Origin: an uncultured virus (IMG/VR IMGVR_UViG_3300022700_000186)
Taxonomy: Duplodnaviria; Heunggongvirae; Uroviricota; Caudoviricetes
Strand: one strand, 5' to 3'
Length of the DNA stretch: 64,000 nucleotides
IMG/VR virus record: IMGVR_UViG_3300022700_000186
The notes under the pieces were generated by a model. That model saw only the letters and a program-made list of their open reading frames with translations. It did no database searches and was not told the origin of the DNA. Made by a program: the position numbers and the translations under genes. Shown here one piece after another: positions 46,276-55,587 of the stretch; within the stretch, counting starts at the first letter, position 1; the number at the start of each line of letters is the position of its first letter.

Positions 46276-46385
46276 TTTATGGAAAGATTGATTTATGGAA
46301 AGATTGGGGAGTAGACTATCGAAATTATGGTTTTGTACCTAATGATGTTACAGATAGAGCAGAATTCTTAAAAAAATGTGATTGA
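46272..46385 (+). CDS. 37-aa microprotein containing WKDWGV
   Basis: Manual translation; overlaps a 16-bp tandem duplication. Confidence 0.4.
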   Translation: MIYGKIDLWKDWGVDYRNYGFVPNDVTDRAEFLKKCD

Positions 46386-46386
46386 T

Positions 46387-46950
46387 ATGCAAATTCGAAA
46401 TCCAAAAAAGAGTGAAATGAAAGAACTGAAAAAGTTAATGTTAAAGTATGGTGATGTTCCTTCGGAAGAGGCGGTTGCAGCTACAAAAGAAAGCAAACGA
46501 AAACAATGGTTAGTAGTAGTATCAAAAGGTAGGATTTTGGGAGCAGGAAGAACGTTCAAGACAGATTGGTATGAATGGACTTTGAAGAATGCTTTTGTTG
46601 TACCTGCATCGCGTGGTTTAGGAATAGCAAGTATTCTTTATGAAAAATTAACAGACAAAGCAAAAGCAGAAGGAGCAAAAGTTTGTGAAGCAGATATCAC
46701 TGCAACAAATATTCCTTCAAAGATAGCTGCAACCCGAGCTGGTATGCTACCAGTAAACAGTTTCAAATGGGATAAAGACGAAACTCATGCAGATATTTAT
46801 CAAGAGGTCTTCACACCACCGACTAGGAATGAAGTATTAAAGATAAATACACATATTGATTCGCAATTCATGTTAAGAAAAAAGAAAGCACCAGTAGGTG
46901 TTCACTCACCTTTTTCAGTAACAAAGAAGCGAAGAAGAAAGTTAAAATAA
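46387..46950 (+). CDS. GNAT acetyltransferase
   Basis: MQIRN.., FVVPASRGLGIASIL (motif A), NIPS..GM. Confidence 0.85.
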   Translation: MQIRNPKKSEMKELKKLMLKYGDVPSEEAVAATKESKRKQWLVVVSKGRILGAGRTFKTDWYEWTLKNAFVVPASRGLGIASILYEKLTDKAKAEGAKVCEADITATNIPSKIAATRAGMLPVNSFKWDKDETHADIYQEVFTPPTRNEVLKINTHIDSQFMLRKKKAPVGVHSPFSVTKKRRRKLK

Positions 46951-47237
46951 ACATTGCAAGTAGTATATTATATCTTATAGAACTTTTTTATCTTCTTCTT
47001 TTTATCCGTTTTTTTACTAATTGTATAACTACCTATTTTTGTTAATCATCAATGTGGTATAGATATTATAAGATTATACAGTTTGTTATATACGAGCATA
47101 CTATGTAAGATACTACTTTTATGTATATCAATCGTCCCTTGTTTGGGGAAACGTTTCGTTTTCCCCCTATAACGAGAAGTGCAAAGGTGTCCTTAAATCT
47201 TCCAAACATATAAATACTAAGACTGGCATATATAGAT

Positions 47238-47267
47238 TGTATAATGGTTACATAATAACATTATACA
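47238..47267. promoter_or_regulatory. Inverted-repeat operator upstream of the RHH gene
   Basis: tgtataatg-N12-cattataca just downstream of TATA atataaata (~47208). Confidence 0.6.
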
Positions 47268-47282
47268 GTTAGGTGGTGAGTA

Positions 47283-47609
47283 ATGAGCAATAATGATGGA
47301 AAACAAATTTCAATTGTTATTCCAAAAGAAATGTATAAATGGTTAGACGAACATCGAAATATCAACCGTAGTGAACTTTTTAGACAATCTGTGCAATCTT
47401 TGATGACTGACGAAAAACAAAAAGTTGACCCGCTTTTATTCTTGGCATCAGTTATGGGAATTGTATTCTCAATTGCGTTGATAGGGATTGCAATAACTCC
47501 GACACCAATTCATGTAATCACTCGTGGTTTACTTGCTTTACTTGGTGGTGTTCTTGCGTTAGCAACTTCTTACATGTACTTTAAGGAAGTAAACAACAAA
47601 GCAAGATAA
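47283..47609 (+). CDS. Ribbon-helix-helix protein with two C-terminal TMs
   Basis: QISIVIPKEMYKWLD..INRSELFRQ plus hydrophobic hairpin. Confidence 0.75.
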   Translation: MSNNDGKQISIVIPKEMYKWLDEHRNINRSELFRQSVQSLMTDEKQKVDPLLFLASVMGIVFSIALIGIAITPTPIHVITRGLLALLGGVLALATSYMYFKEVNNKAR

Positions 47610-47638
47610 ACACAGAAAATTTAGGAGTGAATTGTTAA

Positions 47639-48073
47639 GTGCAATACAGACCAGATTTAGAAACAGATACAGCTTTAACTGTAACACAGTTTATGCTGTC
47701 ACCAGATATTCCACCAACAGAAAGAAGACATTTTGAAAAGTTTTATTTAATGTTTTCAAAGATTATGGCATTAGGTAACATTCGTAGAGAGGATGTTTTT
47801 GCTATAATGATTGCTTTTGAAGAAATCTGTATGTTATTAGAAATGGGATTATATAATGAAGCAAGGCAAATGATGGGCAAGGAACTGATGAAGATTCAGG
47901 TATCACGTTCAGTTGACGGTTTCCAAATCTTATACGGTCAATCTGGTATACAGAAAACAGAACATATCGAAAGAGTTATGGCAAGACGAAGAAACAAATC
48001 TTGGACACAACGAGTAACAGGAGCTTTCGGTAAAGGAAACAAAAATGAAGGTAATTGGGAGCAGATAAGATGA
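47639..48073 (+). CDS. Helical hypothetical protein (assembly module)
   Basis: ORF track. Confidence 0.65.
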   Translation: MQYRPDLETDTALTVTQFMLSPDIPPTERRHFEKFYLMFSKIMALGNIRREDVFAIMIAFEEICMLLEMGLYNEARQMMGKELMKIQVSRSVDGFQILYGQSGIQKTEHIERVMARRRNKSWTQRVTGAFGKGNKNEGNWEQIR

Positions 48074-48651
48074 GCATAGTTTTTTCATTAAGCTACATAC
48101 TCGTAGCATTTGGTATTCTTATTAACGGTTTGATTGTTATGTTACCTGCTCATATGCAAGCGTTAATTCCTGCATGGATGAGACTTGCATTTATGGGTGT
48201 TGGTTTGATGCTTGGAGTATTCGGTGTTTGTTTACCACACACCAGAGCAAAGAAAACAGGAGCAGAACATTTAATCGACTTTGCAAGACCAAGTACGTTA
48301 ATTTGGTTTTATGTTTACCGTGATGGAACAGTAAAAATCACACCAGCTGTTCGTGAAGTTGAAGGACAACTTTATTCGAAAGATTTAGATGCACAAATAC
48401 ATGATTTAAAATCATACCGACTTTTCGACCATTCAATCAGATTTGTACCCGAAGGAATTGGACATGCTGTTGATTTAGATGTAGTTCTATACACAACGCT
48501 ATTACGAAACAAATATGGTTTTACGAATATCAAAGAAGCAAGGGAAGCTGGATTTAAAGGTTTGATAAACCCACCGAAAGAACAAACCAGTGACGAAAAG
48601 GTAGGGGTACCAGACGAAGAAGGCAATATCAAAACATTTAGTGAGGATTAA
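48070..48651 (+). CDS. Two-TM membrane protein with soluble C-terminal domain
   Basis: Hydrophobic N-terminus. Confidence 0.7.
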   Translation: MSIVFSLSYILVAFGILINGLIVMLPAHMQALIPAWMRLAFMGVGLMLGVFGVCLPHTRAKKTGAEHLIDFARPSTLIWFYVYRDGTVKITPAVREVEGQLYSKDLDAQIHDLKSYRLFDHSIRFVPEGIGHAVDLDVVLYTTLLRNKYGFTNIKEAREAGFKGLINPPKEQTSDEKVGVPDEEGNIKTFSED

Positions 48652-48653
48652 TC

Positions 48654-49292
48654 ATGGGACGTATGAATAAAAGAACAAAGAAATTTACACAAGATGAGGT
48701 TTACGAACCAGAGGAGTTCACACAAGAAGAATACTATCAACCACAACAAGAACAGCAGGAATACTATCAACCAGAAACCTACCCACAACAAGTTCCCGAG
48801 CAAATACAACCAAATCCACAACAGGTTATTCAGGAACAACTTAGACAAGCACAAATGCAAAGACAACAAATACCTCAACAACAACAGCCTCCACCAAGAT
48901 TCACAAATGAAGAAAGTCCATATCCAGCACAATACGACGATGAAGATGATGAAGAAAGCAATGTTGGAGGACCACTTTCTATTCTCGATGAAATCAAAAG
49001 GAAACCAACACCGAAAGGTGTATTCACACAACGCATAGGTGGAAGACCTGTTGATTTACACGTTCTTGAAGATTATATTACTAAAATCAGTCCTTTTGCT
49101 TTGAAAACCCTTCTACGTTATCACAACGCTAAAACAATGGAGGAAATCAAAAGTTACAGTCAGGGTAGCAAACTCAACATCAACGGTGGAACAATAATAC
49201 TCATTTTAGCCGCTGTTGGAATGGCAATTCTCGGACTCGTTATGGTATTCTTCATGCCCGACATTATGAACATGTTTAAAAGTGGTATCTGA
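48654..49292 (+). CDS. Q/P/E-rich protein with C-terminal TM
   Basis: QEEYYQP-type repeats; hydrophobic tail. Confidence 0.7.
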   Translation: MGRMNKRTKKFTQDEVYEPEEFTQEEYYQPQQEQQEYYQPETYPQQVPEQIQPNPQQVIQEQLRQAQMQRQQIPQQQQPPPRFTNEESPYPAQYDDEDDEESNVGGPLSILDEIKRKPTPKGVFTQRIGGRPVDLHVLEDYITKISPFALKTLLRYHNAKTMEEIKSYSQGSKLNINGGTIILILAAVGMAILGLVMVFFMPDIMNMFKSGI

Positions 49293-49445
49293 TGGGATTA
49301 AAAGAACGCATTAAAAAAATAAAAGAAGAACTTGCTTTCCAAAAAGAACAATCTAAAGTTATTCTAAAATCAAAATGGGATGTCGGTGCCGAGCAAGGTA
49401 AAAAACTAAAAGAACAACACAAAGAAAAAATAAAGAGGAAGAAAA

Positions 49446-50003
49446 ATGAGAGGTAAAGGAAAAGGTAGTTTTGCACTGTTAGTTACAGCACTTATCATTT
49501 TACTGGTCGCGTACGGAATATTCATGAGTATAACGCACTCAATTGATGGCACAAACAGTTACAACAATCTAACAGCATCAACTACAAACACCGTTTATGG
49601 AATAGTACCACTATTCCTTGTAATCGGAGCTATAGTAGCATTCATAGGCATGTGCAGCTTTTACACATCAAACACAGAACGTTTTCGTAGAATCAACGCA
49701 AGATTCAGATGGATTCTGGATTTTCTTGACGCAGCGACTTATTATTTTGCTTACGGATTATTTGCTTACGCTATTTTTGGAACAGTCGGAGGAGGAGCTT
49801 ATCTATCATACCGAATTTTCACAATGCCAGGAGCTGGTGGTGTATCTCTTGAAGTCGGTAAATGGATACTGATTATCTTAGCATTCTTCTTCACGACAGC
49901 AATTGTTGGTTATCTATTCGAAAGATACCCATGGCGAAAATGGAAAGAACGCAAACGTGAATCTCAAGCAATTAAAGAATTACCACAGGTTGGGATAGAG
50001 TGA
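49446..50003 (+). CDS. MCP-like hairpin fused to additional TMs
   Basis: LVTALIILLVAYGIF..NNLT..TVYGIVPLFLVIGAIV resembles the MCP hairpin. Confidence 0.6.
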   Translation: MRGKGKGSFALLVTALIILLVAYGIFMSITHSIDGTNSYNNLTASTTNTVYGIVPLFLVIGAIVAFIGMCSFYTSNTERFRRINARFRWILDFLDAATYYFAYGLFAYAIFGTVGGGAYLSYRIFTMPGAGGVSLEVGKWILIILAFFFTTAIVGYLFERYPWRKWKERKRESQAIKELPQVGIE

Positions 50004-50115
50004 CCACTGATGAAAAACTTGAGAAAGCAATAGAAACAGACCCAAAACGATACGTTGCATATCGAAACAAAGACAAATCACTAAACAAGGTCATGGATAC
50101 CGCCACAGGTAGATT

Positions 50116-50430
50116 ATGGCTAAAAGTACAAAACCAATTAACAAAAGAATCAAAATGGAGTTGGATAGAATGAAACAAGTCTATGAAATAACAGGTACCC
50201 GAAGAATTGGAGAAAAAGTAAATCTTCGTATCAAAGAACACAAAGCAGTTAAAGAAAAACCATCAACACAGGATATGGTAAGTAACGCACTCGGTTTTGT
50301 TGAACAAATGAAACTTGATGCTATCAACACTAACAATCCAGAAATGATTTCCATACCATACGATGAATGGAAAGGTTACAAATGGAATATCGGAGACCTT
50401 ATATCAATCACCGTTGAACCATATGAATAA
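50116..50430 (+). CDS. Hypothetical protein
   Basis: ORF track. Confidence 0.6.
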   Translation: MAKSTKPINKRIKMELDRMKQVYEITGTRRIGEKVNLRIKEHKAVKEKPSTQDMVSNALGFVEQMKLDAINTNNPEMISIPYDEWKGYKWNIGDLISITVEPYE

Positions 50431-50586
50431 ACTACATCACATACCAGGAGTATTAGGTATCGCATCTCTCATCTTCCACACCTACCTCTTCTTAGAAACA
50501 GGTTGGAGATTAGACACCGTTTCCTTTCTTCTGGTTGGATTAGTATTATCATTCCTTCAGATAGGTATTTATGGAAGGTGTAAAAA

Positions 50587-50997
50587 ATGAAAACATTTGA
50601 TGAATTAACCGAAAAAGAAAAAGAAAGGCAGTTGTGTTACGAAACAAGTAGAAGCAGATTAGAGAATATCATAAACAGTGATATTGTAACTCTATTCATT
50701 TTTCTTGCTATTCTCATGACTATGGTATTTGTCATATTTGGTTATGGTGTAACAACTGTAGTAACTGCCGAAACAGATTCTCTTTTTAATCTAGGTATAA
50801 CCATGCTTCAAGCATCAATCTTAACAGGAATTGTAGGAACAATGTTTTTTGTAATCCTGTTTGCTGTCATAATCTACAAAAGAGAACAGTTTAGAAAGCA
50901 ATTATTTGCTATCTATGAAATGGATGAAAACATACACAACGTATCAAGAAAAGACTTAAGAAAAATCAAAAGAACTTGGAAAAAGGAGGATAATTAA
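50587..50997 (+). CDS. Two-TM membrane protein
   Basis: Hydrophobicity pattern. Confidence 0.65.
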   Translation: MKTFDELTEKEKERQLCYETSRSRLENIINSDIVTLFIFLAILMTMVFVIFGYGVTTVVTAETDSLFNLGITMLQASILTGIVGTMFFVILFAVIIYKREQFRKQLFAIYEMDENIHNVSRKDLRKIKRTWKKEDN

Positions 50998-51584
50998 TGG
51001 TACTCGCAAAAGAACAAGAAGGAAAAATTAGAGGCGCAACCGCCGAAGAATTTATTTGGCATAAGGTAAACTACCTTCAGGAAGCACGTGAATCTGGAGA
51101 TGGAGCAATATTCGATGAAGTAATGAACTCGGTCGAAAAACTATTCCGAGCTTTCCCAAAAGCACACCAGGAACTAATGGCAATCAAACAACAACTTGAT
51201 GCCGTCTACTTCCGAGAAAAAGAAAACATCATCCGTGAAGCTGACCGCTCCCGAGATGTTATCAACCGACAGAACTACATTGAAAACGAATCAAACGATT
51301 TAGATTGGGAATACCGTAACATGTACGAGGAAGCAATCATTGATGTTATGCAAAAACAAAATCTCATACCAATGAGCAGACCACACTATACCGAAATGCA
51401 ATCAACCCATGAAAGTCAAATGAACAGTCAACCAAAACCACAACCACAAGTAAAACCCCAGCCACAACCCCAGCAACAACCTCAACCTCAATATCAACCA
51501 CAATACACTGAAGGAGAAAAGATAGAACCGCAGCCAAAGAAAAAGAAGAAAAAACCAAAACTATCAATCCGTCGTAAGAAATAA
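50997..51584 (+). CDS. Coiled-coil protein with PQ-rich and basic tail
   Basis: ORF track. Confidence 0.65.
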   Translation: MVLAKEQEGKIRGATAEEFIWHKVNYLQEARESGDGAIFDEVMNSVEKLFRAFPKAHQELMAIKQQLDAVYFREKENIIREADRSRDVINRQNYIENESNDLDWEYRNMYEEAIIDVMQKQNLIPMSRPHYTEMQSTHESQMNSQPKPQPQVKPQPQPQQQPQPQYQPQYTEGEKIEPQPKKKKKKPKLSIRRKK

Positions 51585-51586
51585 TT

Positions 51587-52570
51587 ATGGCATCAAAACC
51601 AGAAATTCTCGGTCAAGAAATCCTCGAGCAATTGCTAGCTCAAACTGATGAATACGGTGGAGCATTCGTATACATAACAGGTGCAATGGGAGGTGGAAAG
51701 ACATCAGCCATGCTCTCTTGGTTAGTCTACCACCTAAAACATCACCCAGACCAAAAAATCTTCTTCAGTGAAACCTACGATGCACCTCTACAAACTTTCA
51801 AGGTAGGATTAGATTACATACACTTTATGATAAAAGAAGGAGCAGGTGTTGAATTCCGAGACAGAAATCAAAAACTCAAAGATGTAACAAAAGATTGGAA
51901 ACCCACCTACTTCACAACCTATGCCGACCTTTACGAGAAAGCAAAACCAGGAATGGTTAACACCGTATTTTTTGGAAACAGAACAAAATGGATGGATTTT
52001 ATCGCATACATGCGCCACACCACTGCTTGGGACCACATTTTCATTGATGAAATCGGTGAAGTCATTCCTTCCAACACCAGCGGAAAACTCCACAAACGTA
52101 TCGGACAATTCGCAATCTTTGCTAAAGATATCCGTAAGTGCCGAATGAAAGTAATCGCCAACACCCAATCTGTACGTGATATGGATTGGCGAGTTATCGA
52201 CAAATTCATGTACCGTGTATTTCTCCCAGGTGCAATGGCAGATAGAAAACACTCCCGAGTTACCCAGAAAGCAATCGACAACCTTCAAGGTGATATGAAC
52301 CACGGCAACGATGCTTACATCGACCGTTTAGGTAAATTCGGTAAAATATCATTCCTTGACATCTTCGTACCCAATCACGGAATAAGTATAGAAGCTCATA
52401 ACAGCAATCTTGAAGAATACACAGCAATCAACGAGGAGAACGATGAAGAAATGACCAGACAGCAACGATACCACGCTCGGCAAAAGAAAGCAAAAGAACA
52501 GGGAAAAACCGACGACGAAGAAGACAGCATTCTTGCAAAAGCTGAAAAACAAACACTAAGTGGAACATGA
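51587..52570 (+). CDS. P-loop ATPase, probable morphogenesis/genome-extrusion ATPase (FtsK-HerA/Zot-like)
   Basis: Walker A GAMGGGKT, Walker B IFIDE, RK..IANTQ..D sensor. Confidence 0.85.
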   Translation: MASKPEILGQEILEQLLAQTDEYGGAFVYITGAMGGGKTSAMLSWLVYHLKHHPDQKIFFSETYDAPLQTFKVGLDYIHFMIKEGAGVEFRDRNQKLKDVTKDWKPTYFTTYADLYEKAKPGMVNTVFFGNRTKWMDFIAYMRHTTAWDHIFIDEIGEVIPSNTSGKLHKRIGQFAIFAKDIRKCRMKVIANTQSVRDMDWRVIDKFMYRVFLPGAMADRKHSRVTQKAIDNLQGDMNHGNDAYIDRLGKFGKISFLDIFVPNHGISIEAHNSNLEEYTAINEENDEEMTRQQRYHARQKKAKEQGKTDDEEDSILAKAEKQTLSGT

Positions 52571-52767
52571 TACCGAAATCTTGCAAAACCTGTCCCCATA
52601 ATTGCAAAGGAATAAGTCGCGGTAGCAAGAAATGCAAAATCAAATTAGGTATTATCAAACCAAAGAAAAAATTATCAACATCTCAAATGATGAACGCGAT
52701 TCTTTGGTATTATTACAATAGTTCAAAAGGATTATACGATGGCAAAGAAAAACAAACAAAAACATAA
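52567..52767 (+). CDS. Small Cys-rich protein
   Basis: CKTCPHNC..C. Confidence 0.55.
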   Translation: MIPKSCKTCPHNCKGISRGSKKCKIKLGIIKPKKKLSTSQMMNAILWYYYNSSKGLYDGKEKQTKT

Positions 52768-53209
52768 ACCCCAACAAGTCCGTAAAACATTCGAAGATAC
52801 ATTCAACTTCCAGAATGAACTCCTTGAACTTATTGATAGAAAGAAGAAACGCAATACTCCATTCAATCAACAACAACGTGAACGAGCTAACTACCTATAC
52901 CCCCGAGCAATCCTTTCTCATGGTATCGTAAAATTCAGCTTCAGACACAACGGTCGCGTATCTCTCTTCCGTCATATATCTTCTTTTTTCTCAAAACTAT
53001 CCAGAATCGCATCATCAACCGTCGTCTTAACCGATTCAGAAAGCGGAGAACAATACGAAGTACAAATCAAAGACCTCTGGTCTGCACTCGAGGAAGAACT
53101 CGAATACCTCTTCCCATATGCTCGTGAAGAAGCAATCCACATGAGCAGCGAAGCACCAGTCTACGAACAAGCAACATCATATGCTTTCAGCATGGATAAA
53201 AAGATATAA
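52739..53209 (+). CDS. Hypothetical protein
   Basis: ORF track. Confidence 0.6.
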   Translation: MAKKNKQKHKPQQVRKTFEDTFNFQNELLELIDRKKKRNTPFNQQQRERANYLYPRAILSHGIVKFSFRHNGRVSLFRHISSFFSKLSRIASSTVVLTDSESGEQYEVQIKDLWSALEEELEYLFPYAREEAIHMSSEAPVYEQATSYAFSMDKKI

Positions 53210-53236
53210 ATATTATAAAATGTATATACATTATTC

Positions 53237-54079
53237 ATGGAAACGGTAATTTGCTATTATCATAATGATGATTTAGACGGTGTAACATCAGCATCAATCA
53301 TAAAAAAGAAATATCCTCAAGCTAATTTTTTTGGTTGGAACTACGGAGAAAAAGTCGCAGTTCAATCTAACTATGATATCGTGTTTATTGTAGATATCAC
53401 CCTTCCAGAAAGTGTAATGAAAGAACTCATTGCGAACAATAAAAAAGTAATCTGGATAGACCACCACGGTCGAAAAATCAAAGATATGGAAAAGAAAATC
53501 AAAAATATAGATGGTTTCCGTGATACCAAAAACAACCATTCCGCTTGCGTTCTTACATGGAAATATGTCTATCCTTGCGAACCAACACCAACGTTACTCC
53601 GATACGTCGAAGACATAGACCTTTGGAAATGGGAATATCCAAACACCGACCCTATCACAACATCACTTTGGATTACCTATGGAAATAACCCACAATCATA
53701 CGTCAACTTATTAAATGAAACAGTATGGAACATGCAACAAACAAATCACCTAACAAAAGGAAATCTTTTTATCAAACAACGTAACGCAATTATTGATAAG
53801 ACACTCACCAAAACAAAAATCGGTACATTCAAAGGACACAGAACAGCATTTATCAACACATCTGTTTTTCAAAGTTCTATTGGAAACGAAGCATTAAAAC
53901 GATTCGATATCGACGTTGCACTCATTTGGAACCTTGATACCGACTTCGTCCGTTGTAGTCTTCGAAGCAACAAGAACGTAGATGTATCAAAAATTGCAAA
54001 ACAACTCAACGGTGGAGGTCACCCTCGAGCTTCAGGATTCCAGTGTAGTTTAGAAGAAATCTTAAAAATCATTCAGTGA
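53237..54079 (+). CDS. DHH/DHHA1 phosphoesterase (NrnB-like)
   Basis: YH..DLDG, IVDI, WIDHH, DLW, SLRS..DVSKIA..GGGHPRASG. Confidence 0.93.
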   Translation: METVICYYHNDDLDGVTSASIIKKKYPQANFFGWNYGEKVAVQSNYDIVFIVDITLPESVMKELIANNKKVIWIDHHGRKIKDMEKKIKNIDGFRDTKNNHSACVLTWKYVYPCEPTPTLLRYVEDIDLWKWEYPNTDPITTSLWITYGNNPQSYVNLLNETVWNMQQTNHLTKGNLFIKQRNAIIDKTLTKTKIGTFKGHRTAFINTSVFQSSIGNEALKRFDIDVALIWNLDTDFVRCSLRSNKNVDVSKIAKQLNGGGHPRASGFQCSLEEILKIIQ

Positions 54080-54462
54080 ATACTATGGGAATTAAGTCTG
54101 TAATTGGTTTTCTAATTGCCGTTTTTCTGGTATTTGCAATACCTAATATTTTTCCAAACTGCAACGGCGAAAAAGAATGGAACATATACACAGGCAAACT
54201 TGCAGGGATTTATGTAGATGCTGAAACATGTTGCCATTGTGATACTCGTATCAAGTTTTATAATCAATCATGGATTTACACGTTTGATTGCGACGAATCA
54301 TTAGTAGATATACTACAGATTAATCAAACATATACAATTCATACTGAACCCTTTGCTGAACAGTACGCAGTTACATCCGACGATATATTCGAACCGAATT
54401 GCTTTTGGGTCGAGGTCATTGATTATATTGAAGATGATAGTGGGAACGTTATTTATAATTAG
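54076..54462 (+). CDS. Membrane-anchored hypothetical protein
   Basis: N-terminal TM. Confidence 0.55.
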   Translation: MNTMGIKSVIGFLIAVFLVFAIPNIFPNCNGEKEWNIYTGKLAGIYVDAETCCHCDTRIKFYNQSWIYTFDCDESLVDILQINQTYTIHTEPFAEQYAVTSDDIFEPNCFWVEVIDYIEDDSGNVIYN

Positions 54463-54660
54463 TGAGTTTCAGGAAACAGATAAAGAAAGGTAGTATCATT
54501 ACGTTTGGTTTACTACTTTCGGCAAAAAAGAAAAAATGGACGTTTTGATACTGAGATGCACCCAGTAAAACTTTATCTGCCTGATAAAACTCACTAATAA
54601 CACTTAATTTTAGAGAAAACTTTATATACCTGTAATCCTATTATTACTATGATGATTGAA

Positions 54661-54786
54661 ATGGAAACGCAACAAAAAATATCAAATGAAGCAGATAATG
54701 AACGAGCATGGTTAAAAGCCATGGGTTTCTCTGATGAAGCAACTGAATCCTGTTTGGAAGACCTCGATGATTTGGAGGATTTCTAA
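54661..54786 (+). CDS. 41-aa acidic microprotein
   Basis: METQQK..LEDLDDLEDF; TATA at 54621. Confidence 0.55.
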   Translation: METQQKISNEADNERAWLKAMGFSDEATESCLEDLDDLEDF

Positions 54787-54900
54787 ATGGATTATGATAC
54801 CGTTGAATTCTGTCCACATTGTTTAACTAACCAAGTTATCAACCGAAGCGGTTCAGGTAAGAAAGGTACTTGCCTAACCTGTGGTAAGGAGGTTTTCTAA
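54787..54900 (+). CDS. 37-aa zinc-ribbon protein
   Basis: FCPHC..TCLTCG. Confidence 0.6.
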   Translation: MDYDTVEFCPHCLTNQVINRSGSGKKGTCLTCGKEVF

Positions 54901-55373
54901 TGAGTGTAAAAACTGAACTATACATATCTAATCGTTTTTCAATCTATGATATCAAGAATGTCATAGAATCACACCTTGATGCTGAAGTTAAAATCGACCA
55001 AACTGGCATACCAGATTTACTTGAATTTTATTTTACACTAAAAGGTGATACCCGACTTATGTCAGTTCATATCAATGCTGATGCAATAATCGGTAAAGCA
55101 ACATTGCTTCGATTAGGTTCTAATGAAGAGGGAAAAGAAATCATGCTAACAATCGCAAAAGTAACTGGTGGATTATACGTTCCCGAAGATACATCAGATG
55201 ATTGCCAAATGATACGTGGTATGTTATCAGATGAAGACGGTTTACCTTACTTCATTAAGGACGCAATCATACACAACAACATGACAGATAATCATGATTT
55301 ACGTGGATTAAACGAATCAATCAAAAAATGGCAAGCGAAAATGAACAGAGTATCAGTTGATACATACGAGTAA
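54900..55373 (+). CDS. Hypothetical protein
   Basis: ORF track. Confidence 0.6.
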   Translation: MSVKTELYISNRFSIYDIKNVIESHLDAEVKIDQTGIPDLLEFYFTLKGDTRLMSVHINADAIIGKATLLRLGSNEEGKEIMLTIAKVTGGLYVPEDTSDDCQMIRGMLSDEDGLPYFIKDAIIHNNMTDNHDLRGLNESIKKWQAKMNRVSVDTYE

Positions 55374-55587
55374 AAGAGGTTGAATAATGAATAAAGAACG
55401 TTTGGTAGCATTCACTACAAACAGGAGCTATTAATATGTTTACGAAAGTAGGAACAGTAACATACGCTGGTGCAAACAAAATCATAGTCAAGAACACAGA
55501 CCAACTCTTTTTAGAAGCTGAATCAAAGAAACATGATATGAGCAAATTTCATAAACAGAAAGTAAAAATCACAATCGAGGTAATCTA

